Shown here: positions 26,481 to 38,662 of the stretch, piece by piece
How positions within the stretch are numbered: position 1 is the stretch's first letter
How the letters are laid out: every line of letters begins with the position of its first letter
NCBI GenBank assembly: GCA_024137785.1
Contig: JAHRHZ010000032.1
Span: 4,900,149-4,964,148 of the forward strand
Direction: 5' to 3'
DNA from: Ginglymostoma cirratum
Lineage: Eukaryota
Length of the DNA: 64,000 nucleotides
The notes under the pieces: model-generated
Told to the model about the DNA's origin: nothing
The model's database searches: none
What the model saw: only the letters and a program-made list of their open reading frames with translations
Program-made: the position numbers and the translations under genes

Positions 26481-26731
26481 TTAACCGAGGCTTCCTGGTC
26501 CTATTCTGAAATCTGGTGGCTCAAGGCTTGTTGGAGAATAAGTCACTGCAGGTTCTTTAATCCAGAGCAATGGGACACCATTTTTGCCATCAGACTTCTT
26601 CTGTGAGTTTAGGGTTTTATAGCGTGTTAATAAAATGGCAATAAGCAGGACTCCAAAAATTGGAAAAGGGTAGAAAAATATAAAGTAGAAAAGGGCATCA
26701 TTTGAACAAATTGCTTCCTGAAGAGAAGAAC
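26481..26731 (-). CDS. igsf3: IGSF3 last coding exon: transmembrane helix and cytoplasmic tail
   Basis: (G)SSLQEAICSNDALFYFIFFYPFPIFGVLLIAILLTRYK..SDGKNGVPLLWIKEP..YSPTSLEPP..* closely matches the IGSF3 C-terminus as I recall it. Acceptor ttctttcctacag in phase 1, TAA at 26481-26483. Confidence 0.95.
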
Positions 26732-26909
26732 CTGTAGGAAAGAAATAATGAAAATCAGAAACTTTCTTATTTTTTGACATTGCCACTCCCCCACACTTCC
26801 ATTTCCCTCTGCAACTACTGCCTCAACTTCTTCCTTCACTCCGTGTCATTGAAAGATGACCTGAGTCCAGAGCATCCCGTCCTCCAAGCTGAAGGAGGTA
26901 TCCTTGTAA

Positions 26910-27275
26910 CAACATCTTCTAATAGGACTGGACAGGGTAGATGCAGGGAGGATGTTCCCGATGGTGGGTGTGTCTAGAACCAGGGGTCACAGTGTGAGGA
27001 TTCAGGGTAGACGATTTACGATGGAGATGGGGAGACATTTCTTCACTCAAAGAGTGGTGAGCCTGTGGAATTCATTACCACAGGAAGTAGTTGATGCCAA
27101 AACATAGAATGTATTCAAGAGGCGACGAGATATAGCACTTGGGGTGAATGGGATCAAAGGTTATGGGGAGAAAACAGGATTAGGCAGGGTTGGACAATCA
27201 GCCATGATCAATGAGGAATGGCGGAGCAGGCTCAAAGGGTCGAATGGCCTCCTCCTTCTCCTATCTTCTATGTTT
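26910..27275 (+). mobile_element. CR1 3' fragment in the last IGSF3 intron
   Basis: FFTQRVVSLWNSLP motif and CR1 3' UTR/tail. Confidence 0.88.
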
Positions 27276-28471
27276 TATATTTCATTGAGAATATCTGGAT
27301 GATTCTCAATACATATCTGGTGGTAATACTTCATATGCTCATTTGGAGAAAATTTAAGAACAAAAATTATGTTAACCTGAAATTAGTGATTAATTGCTGT
27401 TTGTATTTGAATGTATGAAACAAACACTAAATACCAAAATGATGTAACTGATATTATGATTTGAAAGTTTTTTTTTTCTTTTTAATTAGGATTTCTCCGA
27501 GGATTAACAGATTGAATTCACAGGCAACTGGCATTTGAAAAAAAAGGGCAATTCTTTTTTGTGATATTTAGCCAAATTTCAAAATAGAATTGCCTGAAGT
27601 ATGTGGACAGATGCCTTGCTGTTATAATTTAGAAGTTCATCTTCAATACTTAAGACGTTATCTTTGTGCGTATAAACTTTCCATTTCTGAAGGTTTAACA
27701 CCAAAAAATACACAACATTTCTCTTGACAGATGCCAATACGATGCCCTGTTTATTTTCAGCATCTGTCTATTTGTTTCAGGTTTTCGGGTTTTGAGTTTT
27801 TCTTTACCTCCGCTACAGATGAGGAGAAGCAGTGGTGTGGTGATATTGCTATTGGGCTAGTAATCCCAACATGACAGATCGTGGAATTCAAATTCAATTA
27901 ATAAATAAAATCTGAAAACTTTAAACAAGGTGTCTAATGACGAACATGAAATCATGCAGTTTGTGGTTAAAAACCCACCTGGTTTAGGGAAGGAAATCTG
28001 CTAATCTTACATGGTCTGACTTACATGTGACTGTTGTGGATCTGCAATGTGGTTGACTCCTAAATGCCTTCTGAAGTAGCTTAGTTCAATCTAACTGCTA
28101 CAAAGTCTCACAAAAGGACAGACCACAGACATCGAACAAGTACTAGAACCGGCACACGCAGTCCTGGTGACACTGCAAAGTCCACCTTATTAACATCTGG
28201 CCACTAGTGTCAAATTTTGAATAGATATCTTATAGCCAAGTCAAGCAGCATCCTGACATAGTTATGCTCACAGAGTCATCCCTTGCACACAGTCTCCTAA
28301 GTACTGCCATTGCTATTCCTGGGCATGTCCAGACCTTTCCACAGAACAGAACCACAGCATAGTGGCACACAGTTAGGAAGAAGCTGTACTGGGAGACTTC
28401 AGCGCTGCCTCCTGACTTCATGAACTCTCATAGCATCAGGTGAAACCTGGGCAAAGAAACTTTCTGCTGAT

Positions 28472-28871
28472 NNNNNNNNNNNNNNNNNNNNNNNNNNNNN
28501 NNNNNNNNNNNNNNNNNNNNNNNNNNNNNNNNNNNNNNNNNNNNNNNNNNNNNNNNNNNNNNNNNNNNNNNNNNNNNNNNNNNNNNNNNNNNNNNNNNNN
28601 NNNNNNNNNNNNNNNNNNNNNNNNNNNNNNNNNNNNNNNNNNNNNNNNNNNNNNNNNNNNNNNNNNNNNNNNNNNNNNNNNNNNNNNNNNNNNNNNNNNN
28701 NNNNNNNNNNNNNNNNNNNNNNNNNNNNNNNNNNNNNNNNNNNNNNNNNNNNNNNNNNNNNNNNNNNNNNNNNNNNNNNNNNNNNNNNNNNNNNNNNNNN
28801 NNNNNNNNNNNNNNNNNNNNNNNNNNNNNNNNNNNNNNNNNNNNNNNNNNNNNNNNNNNNNNNNNNNNNNN
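28472..28871. other. Assembly gap (400 N)
   Basis: Run of N. Confidence 1.
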
Positions 28872-28928
28872 GCATCAAGTTTTCCTGCTCCTATGATGCT
28901 GCTTGACCTGCTGTGTTCATCCAGCCCC
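28872..28928 (+). mobile_element. End of a young Penelope-like terminal repeat abutting the gap
   Basis: catcaagttttcctgctcctatgatgctgcttgacctgctgtgttcatccagcccca matches 60306-60362. Confidence 0.88.
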
Positions 28929-31571
28929 AAGAATGTAATCTGGGTTTGGTCCTCAATGCCGCTCACCAACAGTGGCTGGGTAGCCCCATTACTGACCGAG
29001 CTGGCCATGTCCAAAAAGGTCGTAGCTGCTGGACAGCTCCTGCAGGAACTGATCAGGGAACTAACAGGGGGGAAAATTACACTTACCATGCCTTCACTAT
29101 GCAAAGCAGAGAAGATGTGTCTGTCCATGATCATTTCAGTAAGAGTGACCACTGCACAGTCCTGGTGGAGACGCGGTGCTATCTTCACACTAATGATAAC
29201 TATCATTGTGTTATGGGGCACTTCCACCATATTGAATAGGATAAGTTTCAAACAGGTCTGACAACTCATGAATGTGCATGCTTGAGGCATTAAGGATCAT
29301 CATCAACAGCATAATTATACTTAACCATAATCTGTAACGTCATGGTTCCACTACTACCACTAAGCCAAGGAATCAACTGTGAGCCAATGCATAATGCAGA
29401 TGGTCATGCCAGCAGCAGCAACATTAAAACGGATCAGATCTAAGCTCTGCAATCATGTCACATTCAGTCATGAATGGTAATTGACAATTAAATAACCCAT
29501 TATGTGGAGGAGGTTCTATAGGTATTCTCATTCTCAATACATCAGCACAAAAGACAAGGCAGAAGCATTCCCAAGCATCTTCAGCCAAGTGGATGATTCA
29601 TTTTGGATTCCTTGGAAGGTCCTTAGCATCACAGATGCTAATCTTCAATCAATTTGATTCACTCAACATGATGAAGATACAGCTGAAGACATTAAGTACT
29701 ACAAAGGATATGGCCCTGACAACATTTGGCAGCAGTACTGAAGAAATGTGCTCCAGAACTGGCCTTGCAAAGCTGTCCCAGTACAATTACATGACTAGTA
29801 TTTAACTGACAATTTGGAAACTCACCCAGGTATTTGCCCCATTCACCAAAAAAAGGACAAGTCTAACCCAACCAATTACCAGCCCATCAGTCTACTCTTG
29901 ATCATCAGTAAAGTGATGGAAGGTGTCATCAACAGTGCTATCAAGCAGCACTTAACAAAAACCTGCTCACTGACTGTTATTTTCAGCTCTTTCAGACACA
30001 TTCTGCTTTTGACCTCATTACAGCCTTGGTTCAAACATGGACCAAAGAGATGAACTCCAGATATGAAGTGAGAGTCACTGTCCATAGCCGTCAAGACCAC
30101 ATTTGAATGAGTGCAGCATCAAGGAGCTCCAGCAAAACTGGGACATTGAGAATCAGGAGGAAAACTGTCCACTGGTTGTAGTTTTAGCTGGCAAAGGACA
30201 GTGGTTGTGATTGTTGGAAGTCAGTCATCTTACTCCCAGGACATCATTGCAGGAGTTCATCAGGGTAGTGTCCTGAGCCCAACCATCTTCAGATGCATCA
30301 TCAATAACCTTCCCTCATTATAAAGTCAGAAGTGGGGATGCTCGCTGATGATTGCACAGAGAAAGTCTAACCATCATCCATTGACATTCAATAGCATTAC
30401 CATTACTGAATCCCCCACTATCAAAGTCCTGGGGGTTAATGTTGTCCGAAAACTTAACAGGACCAGCCATTTACATACTGTGGTTACAAGCGTATGTGTG
30501 AGACTGGAAATTCTGGTGAGTAACTTATCTCTTGACTCCCAAAGATCTTCCCGCCATCTACAATGCACACATCAGGAGCGTTATGGAATATTCTCGATTG
30601 CCTGGGTGAATTCAGCCCCAACAACACTCAAGAAGCTCAACCTTATACAGGATAAAGCAGCCCACTGATTGACATCCCTTCTAAAACCTTCAACATTTCC
30701 TTCCTCTACCACTAACATATAATGGCAGCAGTGTGTATCATCTGCAAGACAGCTTGCGAAAAATTAACCAAGGCTCCTTCAACAACCTTTATTACGTAGA
30801 ATCATGAAGGCAGCAGATAACTGGGAACAAAACCACCTGCAAATTCCCCTTCAAGACACACACGACACTGACTTGGAGAATTATCACTATTCCTTCGTTG
30901 TCACTAGGTCAAAATCCTGCAACTTGCTCCTTAAGAGCAATATGGGTATCTTTACGTCTTTACATAGACTGCAGCAGAACAAGAAGACTGCTCAACATCA
31001 ATTTCTCATAGGGAATTAGGGATGGGCACCAGATGCTGGGCTAAGGAATGATTGAAAAGGAGCATGTGGAAACTTTACATTGGAATTTACAGATTGATCA
31101 TGTGAACAAGCTGAACTTGAGCTATATTTTTTCAGTTTATGGATAAACTGAGGCACAGCTGATTAGTACAAATGGTATTTTGCACATAGGCGGTGGTTCC
31201 CTTATCACACAAAATGGCAAATTACTTTGAAATCTTTTCTTCCAGGGTATTTGAGAGAATATATATTGATTGACACCAATGTGCGTTAGTGAAAATGACT
31301 GACAGGGCGTTGATGATTCCTATAGTACTGATGACATACATCCCAAAAAAACATAAAATCAAAGCAAGGTACTGGGGATCTGAAAAAAGTGTCACGTGTC
31401 GGAAAAACTAAGCTGGTCTGATTTTGTGTTGGTAGACAGAGGAACAGGGTTAACATGTCAAGTTCAATATGACTGTTCTTTGAAATGCCACAGAAACCGG
31501 CTTAGTTGAGCATCAGAAGATCATAAACCTGAGTTATGTCTTTAAACCAAACACCATTATTTTGGGGATAA

Positions 31572-31808
31572 AATTCCCTACCCCCCTACCTACACTCACC
31601 TTTACTAGCTCCATCCCTGCCTCTTCGACTTGTCTGCCTCCTCTCCACCATCCATCCTCTATCCGCCTCCCCCCTCTCTCCCTATTTATTTCAGAACCCT
31701 CTTCCCCTCCCCCATTTCTGATGAAGGGTCTAGGCCTGAAACATCAAGTTTTCCTGCTCCTATGATGCTGCTTGACCTGCTGTGTTCATCCAGCCCCATG
31801 CTTGTTAT
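31572..31808 (+). mobile_element. Solo young Penelope-like terminal repeat with hammerhead core (31714-31749) and 20-bp TSD
   Basis: TSD caccattattttggggataa at 31552-31571 and 31809-31828. Core CTGATGAAGGGTCTAGGCCTGAAACATC. Confidence 0.9.
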
Positions 31809-31965
31809 CACCATTATTTTGGGGATAATGTTTCGGAGATATGACCGCGATAGTTGCATGAAAGATTCTACTGGAAAGTAGTTACTAGAGCAGCTCTCAG
31901 CATATATAAGGGCTGCACAATCGCTGTGTAATTATTGTTAATAAATACTATTTGAAGGAACAAAC

Positions 31966-32058
31966 TTCTGAAGGGTCTAGGCCCAAAACGTCAGCCTTCC
32001 TGCTCCTCTGATGCTGCTTGGCCTGCTGTGTCCATCCAGCTCTACACCTTGTTATCTC
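31966..32058 (+). mobile_element. Mini Penelope-like terminus starting at a decayed hammerhead core
   Basis: ttctgaagggtctaggcccaaaacgtcagcc...ccttgttatct. Confidence 0.75.
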
Positions 32059-32653
32059 TGTGTAGGATACAGTATGTCTTGGAGTGCTTTGTATGAGTTG
32101 AATAGGATCGATGGTGAAGAATTAGAAATGGGCTAGGATCCATTGTTCAATATGAAGTTACATAGGCAAAATGTGGAGCAGATGAGCAATGGTGGTTAGG
32201 AAGTGAAATGAATTAATCTTTGTGATGGATGTTCCTGAATGTGTAATTTGATACTAATGTATGGATAATTTTCTAATTACAGAATTACTGGAATAAGCCA
32301 TATCCTTCTTGTTGGGATCAGGATGGAGTCAGGGAGCTGGTGGTCAGCAGACCTGGGGAGAGGCTGAAAAGCTTTCTCAAGAAGCCTAGTCCTGGATCAG
32401 TCATGCTCCTGCTTGTCCACAATGAATGCAAAAGAACAACTTCCCTCAGGAAGCTGACAGGTCCAGCCTCTGGTGAAGCTGCTAGGCATCTCACAGGTCA
32501 AGTTGTCCCTCACATATTATTAAATGTCAGCAGCTTGTGCCTTTGATATGTTAACTGAACCCCCCACCTCTCTTCTGGAGATGACTTTTCCATGAAGTAA
32601 TTTATGGGCCTTTAAGATTTAGGCAATTAAAAAAAGGGGTCAGGAATAATCTC

Positions 32654-32780
32654 AGAGATAGTAAGAACTGCCGATGCTGGAGTCAGAGGTAACACAGTGT
32701 GGAGCTGGAGGAGCACATCAGGCCAGGCAGCATCAGAGGAGCAAGAAAGTTGATGTTTCGGGTCAGGACCCTTCTTCAGA
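32654..32780 (-). mobile_element. Mini Penelope-like terminus with hammerhead core and 9-bp TSD
   Basis: TSD aataatctc at 32645-32653 and 32781-32789. Minus strand CTGAAGAAGGGTCCTGACCCGAAACATC. Confidence 0.82.
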
Positions 32781-32809
32781 AATAATCTCTTTCTTCATAG
32801 TTTTTATTG

Positions 32810-34495
32810 AAAATCTCCAGTCATATTCTATCAAGGTTCCGCATCCTAGACCGGTTAGCAAGGTTAGATCACATAGGAAATGGGGGAGCCAGCCAATTGG
32901 ATACAAAATTGGCTTGCAGGTGGGAGACAGAGGGTAGTGGTGGAGGGTTGCTTATTGGACTGGTGACCTGTGACCAGCAGTGTGCCGCAAGGGTCGGTGA
33001 TGGGTCCGCTGCTTTTCGTCATTTATATTTTGGATTTGAACATAGGAGGTACGGTTAGTAAGTTTGCAGATCACGAAAATTGGTGGTGTAGCGGACAGCC
33101 AAAAATGTTATCTCAGAGCACAACTGGATCTTAATCAGATGGGCAAATGGCTAAGGCGTGACAGATGGAGATTAATTTAGATAAATGTGAGGTGTTGCAT
33201 AGTGGTAAGGCAAACCAGGGCATGACTTATATAGTTAATGATAGGGGCCTGGGGACTGTTGTAGAACAAGGAGACCTAGGGATGCAGGTGCATAGTTCCT
33301 TGAAAGTGGAGTTGTAGGCAGACAGGGTGGTGAAGAAGCCAAAAGTACCAAAAGTACGCTTGCCTTTATTAATCAGTGCATTGAGAATGGGAGTTAATAC
33401 GTCATGTTGCAGCTGTACAGGACATTGGTGAGGCCACTTATGGAATACTCCGTACAATTCTTGTCTCCCTGCTATAGGAAAGATAGCATTAAAAATTGAA
33501 AGGGTTCAGAAAATATTTACAAGGGTATTGCTGGGATTGGAAGGTTTGAGCTACAGGGAGGGGCTGGAATAAGCTGGGGCATTTTCCCCTGGAGCACTGG
33601 GGGCTGAGGGGTGACATTATCATTGAATCATAGAATCCCTACAGTGTGGAAGCAGGCCATTCAGTCCATCAAGTCCATACCACCCTTCTGAAGAGCATTC
33701 CACCCAGACCCACACCCCAACCCTATCCATATAACGCCATGGCTAATGCACCTGCCCTGTACATCCTGGACATTATGTGCAATTTAGCATGGCCACTCCA
33801 CTTAACCTGCATATCTTTGGATTGTGGGAGGAAACTAGAGCACCTGGAAGAAACCTACACGGACATTGAGCGAATATGCAAACACCATACAGACAGTTGC
33901 CTGAGGCTGGATTTAAACCCAGGTCCCTATCACTGTGAGGCAACAGTGCTAACCACTGAGCCACTGTTATACCCTTAGCATTCTTTACACCTACCAGCTT
34001 TGCTCTTCACACTAACAGGGACACACTGTCTCTGAACTCTCATTATCTCATTTTTGGAAGCCTCCCACTTCCCAACTGTCCCCTTATCTGTGAATAGCCT
34101 CCCCCAATCAACTTTTGAAGATTCCTCTTATAAAGCCATGAGAGGCATGGATAGGATGAATAGCCAAGGTCTTTTTCCCGGGGTGGGGGCGTATAAAAGT
34201 AGACAGCGTAAGTTCAAGGTGAGAAGGGAAAGATTTAAAAGGGACCTAAGGGGTGGTTTTTTCATGTAGAGAGTGTGGTGCTTGTATGGAATGAGTTGCC
34301 AGGGGAAGTGGTGGAGGCAGGTACAGTCACAACATTTAAAAGGCATTTGGATGGGCATTTGAATAGAGAGGGATTAGAGGGATATGAGCCAAATGCTGCC
34401 AAATGGGACTAGATCAATTTAGACAATCAGGTTAGTGCAGATCAAAGTTGGACCGAAGGGTCTGTTTCTGTGCTGTGTAACTTTATGACTTTGTC
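32810..34495 (+). mobile_element. CR1 RT/3' fragment (about 32810-33620 and 34128-34495), interrupted by a SINE
   Basis: SKFAD, KCEVLH and LQLYRTLVRP motifs; the sequence resumes after the insert and ends in a CR1 tail. Confidence 0.85.
33624..33966 (-). mobile_element. tRNA-derived SINE, HE1/V-SINE-like
   Basis: A box TGGCTCAGTGG, decayed B box, central tgtatggtgtttgcatattc..tttcctcccaca domain and CR1-derived tail. Confidence 0.85.
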
Positions 34496-35384
34496 AAAAA
34501 GTACTTTTCTGATATATAGCTGCCACATCAGTTCTTCTCCCATTCTTTGTAAACCACGCAAAACAAGAAATGATTGTATGATTAATACATTAAAAAATAA
34601 ATACTTATGTCAGGAAAATGACAATTATATCCAGTGCACTTTCACTCACTCTGCTGTCTCCCCAGTACTTTATATTTGGCAGGCCAACTTCATGCATGTG
34701 CTCCTGACTCAATCCCTCCCTAGTTTCACCTCTGACCAGTCTACATTCTGCTGTTTGTGGTCTCCTCCCACTTACTGTTCTGGCCATTCCCTCTTGCAGT
34801 TTTTCACTATTTCCTGGAAGACTATTAATACAAAAACAGAGGAAAAAACTAGAAATTGAGGAAGAGAAACAATGATACAAGAATAGATGAATAGAAACAA
34901 AAACAGAAGAACAGATATCAACAAAGAGAATAGGAGGTACGGTAACAGATCAACTTAGACAAATGAAGAAAGTTAGGAATACAGGAAGAAATTCATAGAA
35001 ATGAGAGGAATAAAACACAACATTAACTTGCATTTTACAGTAGCTTTGCCCCAGTAAAATATCTTACTCCACATAAAGTGGACACTAAGCCGTCGTGGAG
35101 GAGGAAATTGGTGACTGTAGACAAAACCAAAACTGTTTGCAGTGGCTGCGGCAACTTGAATGTGCGAAAAAGGAACGAAAAATTGGCAAAGACAAACAAA
35201 TGAGCTCAAGTCCTGACAGCAAAGTTGCTGGTTTAAGTGATCCAGGTAGTGAAGAGAGACAATTCAGACTCTGGTGGTTGTTGTGGCTTTCAAGCTTCAA
35301 GTGTTTGACATCTAAACCTTGCTGCAAATCGAGCAGTGTCAGGGGTCTGGAAGTGGTTAGGAAGATCTGTGTCTTAGAGATTAG

Positions 35385-35572
35385 CTGGGATCTGGAGGTT
35401 GAGCCAATCGGCCCAACAGGCCTACACCAACCAAGGCTCCAAAGAGAATCCCACCTAGACCCATCCCCCTAACCCTGCATTTCCCATGACTAACCCACCT
35501 AGCCTGCACATCCTTGAACACTATGGACAATTTTGTATGGCCAATCCAACTAACCTGCACATCTTTGGACTG
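35385..35572 (-). mobile_element. 5'-truncated HE1/V-SINE-like SINE
   Basis: Matches the 3' half of 43565-43893. Confidence 0.75.
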
Positions 35573-35723
35573 TTTTCATGACAAAATCTGGAATTCTTCA
35601 TAAAGCATTCCCAAAGCATCATATACTTGGCATTAAGAATGAACTCAATTATTTAATATACTTATTAATATTTAATATAATATGATTCAGGAAATATCAG
35701 CATTTTGCCTGTGAACAAGTTAC

Positions 35724-36146
35724 CTTTTTCTTGTACGGTGACCATGACCAGCCCAGACTCATCCTCTCCTAGTTTATACCAGACATTGTTGGCGTTTTGA
35801 ATCCACTCCTCCACGTGGCATGAGTAGTTGCCTGTATCACTGCTGGCAGAGTCCTGCACAGTCAAGCTGTACAGTCCATTGGAAGGTCTCTCTAACTGCA
35901 GTCTCTCCTTCATTCCTTCGACTCCATCCAGGGAAACATCAAATGCAAACACTGAATTGTGATCAACTTTTAAAATGGTCTCCTTCACAATTTGGTCAGC
36001 ACCTTCTTTGACTTTCCACACGAACCAAGTTACAGCAAATTGAGAATTATCTTGTGTTTGGTGGGTTACATTACAGGTGAGCTGAAACAGGTCCTTCTCT
36101 GGTATGCTAATATTCAATTCAGTTTTATCCACTTGCATTTTAAATT
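35724..36146 (-). CDS. igsf3: IGSF3 internal exon, membrane-proximal V-type Ig domain
   Basis: FQLTCNVT..FAVTWF..DTGNYSCHVEEWIQ..VMVTVQEK, with a literal EWI motif. Acceptor ttttgcaaacag, donor gtaact, 423 nt, phase 1-1. Confidence 0.93.
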
Positions 36147-36867
36147 CTGTTTGCAAAATTGAAAACAAGAAGTTAACAGATTTCAATGTTTAACTTGTGA
36201 AAATCTGAGAAAGTCAATGTACCCATTTTTCTATTTGTTGTACAAACTCACTAATCTGATCCTCCCAACAGGGCGACACATTTGAACACAATGGGCAGGT
36301 CAGAGCATCTGCTGTGCTGCAGTCCTACTTCCAATCCTTACTTCCTCTATTCGCTGCTTCCAACTGGGAGTGCAGGATCAGTAAATTTGTCTTAAGTTCA
36401 CACTATTCCTCTCCTTCAAAGAGTGAAACAAAGGACATTCAGTCATCTCTGCCCAGATCAACCCACCAGCAGGAAAGATTGAAAGGTGCAGGAAGGACCC
36501 TTCTTAATAAACTGTCAAGTACAACAATTACAGAAGGATCCGCAGCAACAAAGTTGATGGAACTTTGAATTATATAGTAGACATGACCACTATAGGAGGG
36601 CACTATACGATCATTTGGGATGGTTCTCTCGTTCAGTTTGCTGAATTTTTGCTGCCCAGAACTACAGATTAAAATACCAGCAATCTTTTTGGGTTACTGA
36701 ATGGTTACATGAGCAAGCCCTTTTAGCAAAGCCAAGAGCAAAGAGTAAAAAACAAGAGATGATATTTTGATTTCTTGAGATCAAACTGAGATATGGAGGT
36801 AAAGTCAATAGCACCTTTGCTGTGTGTCAAATAGTACGCTGGCCTGTGAAGGATCTGTACTTGTCAT

Positions 36868-38662
36868 GAGAAATAGTAAGAACTGCCGATGCTGGAGTCA
36901 GAGGTAACACAGTGTGACACTGGAGGAGGCCCAGGATGGACATGTCATCCAGGGAGTGGGAGGGGGAGTTGAAGTTCGCAACTGGAAGGTGTTGTCGTTT
37001 GTTGCGAACCAAGCGCAGGTGCTCTACAGAGCTGTCTCCGAGCCTACGCTTGGTCTCACCGATGTAGAGGAGGCCACATCGGGAGCAATGAATGCAATAG
37101 ACCACATTAGCAGACGTGCAGGTGAACATCTGTCTGATGTGTAAGGTTTTTTGGGGCCTGGGATGGAGGTGAGTGGGGAGGTATAGGGACAGGTGTACCA
37201 CTTCCTGCGGTTGCCGGGAAATGTGCCAGGGATGATGGGGCTAGTGGGGAGTGTGGAGCGGACGAGGAAGTTGCGGAGAGAGTGGTCCCTCTGAAAGGCA
37301 GATGAGGAGGGAGGGAAACATATCCTTGGTTGTGGGGTCATTTTGTAGGTGGTGATAGTGGCGGAGAATGATTTGTTGAATCCGGAGGTTAGTGGGGTGA
37401 TACATGAGGACAAGGGGAATTCTGTCTTTGTTTTTGTTGCGGGGAGGGTGTGTGATGGCTGAGGTGTGGGGAATACAAGCAATGTGGTCGAGAGCGTTTT
37501 CGACCAATGAAGTGGGGAAGTTGCGGTCCTGGAAATACAAGGACATCTGGGATGTTCGGGAGAGGAATGCCTCATCTTGGGAGCAGATGTGGAGGAATTG
37601 GGAGTAGGGCATCGCATCCTTGCAGGAAGGTGGGTGAGAGGAGACGTAGTCTAGGTAGCTGTGAGAGTCGATGGGCTTGAAATAGATATCAGCTTCAAGG
37701 TGGTTACCACACATGGAGACAGAGAGGTCCAGGAAGGAGAGAGAGGTATCAGAGATGGTCCAGGTGAATTTGAGGTTGGGGTGAAAGGTGTTAGTAAAGT
37801 TGATGAACTGTTTGAGCTCCTCCACCAATACAATCATCGATGTAGTGGAAGAGGTGGGGGATAGCACCAGTGTAGCTGCAGAAGGGGTACTGTTCCACGT
37901 ATCCTACAAAGAGGCAGGCATAGCTTGGGCCCATGTGGGTTCCCGTGGCCACCCCCTTAATCTGTAGCAAGTGGGAGGAGTTAAAGGAGAAGTTGTTCAG
38001 GGTAAGGACGAGTTTGGTTAAGCGGATGAGGGTGTCATTGGAGGGGGACTGGTTGGGCCTGCTGGAGAGGAAGAAGCACAGGGCTTTTAGGCCATTTGTG
38101 TGGGGAATGCAAGTGTACAGGGGTTGGACATCCATAGTGAAGATGAGGTGTTGGGGGCCAGGGAATTGGAAGTCTTGGGGGAGGTGGAGGGCGTGGGTGG
38201 TGTCCCGGACATAAGTAGGGAGTTCTTGAACCGGGGGTGGGGGGGGAGAAAGCAGAGTCGAGATAAACAGAAATAAGTTCAGTGGGGCAGGAGCTGGCAG
38301 AGACAATGAGTCGGCCAGGGCAGTCAGGTTTGTGGATTTTGGGAGGGAGATAGAGACGGGTGGTGCGGGTTTGGGGAACGATTGAGGTTGGAGGCTGTAG
38401 GCGGGAGGTTACCTGAGGTGATGAGGTTATGGATGGTCTGGGAGATGATGTTTTGGTGGTTGGGGTGGGGTCACGATCGAGGGAGCAGTAGGAGGACGTG
38501 TCAGAGAGTTGGCGCCTGGCCTCGGCGATATAGAGGTCAGTGCGCCATACCACAACTGCGTCTCCCTTATCTACGGTTTGGTGGTGAGTTTAGGGTTGGA
38601 GTGGAGGGGGTGGAGGGCTGCACGTTCTGTGGGGGAGAGATTGGAGTGAGTGAGAGGGGTGT
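36868..38662 (-). mobile_element. Penelope-like retroelement, 5'-truncated and frameshifted (RT plus GIY-YIG)
   Basis: LYLPPKIHKPDCPGRLIVS, FTMDVQPLYTCIPH, GVATGTHMGPSYACLFVG and YIDD (PLE RT); VYCIHCSRCGLLYIGETKRRLG (GIY-YIG). Confidence 0.92.

Larger units (their letters stand above)
27825..31050 (+). mobile_element. APE-RT LINE, ORF2 only, with complete SINE-like 5' end (copy 2, older; contains the assembly gap)
   Basis: Colinear with 14190-17043 (QHPDIVMLTES, KKDKSNPTNYQPISLL, QGSVLSP, MLADD, tail gggaattagggatgggc). The first 260 nt match the SINE at 60494-60872. Confidence 0.85.

Noticed and set aside
28399-29290. Long ORFs of 159-284 aa
   Set aside because: Artefacts of translating through 400 N.
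35095-35472. 125-aa plus-strand ORF near the Ig exon
   Set aside because: No recognisable domain or splice context, and it runs into a SINE.
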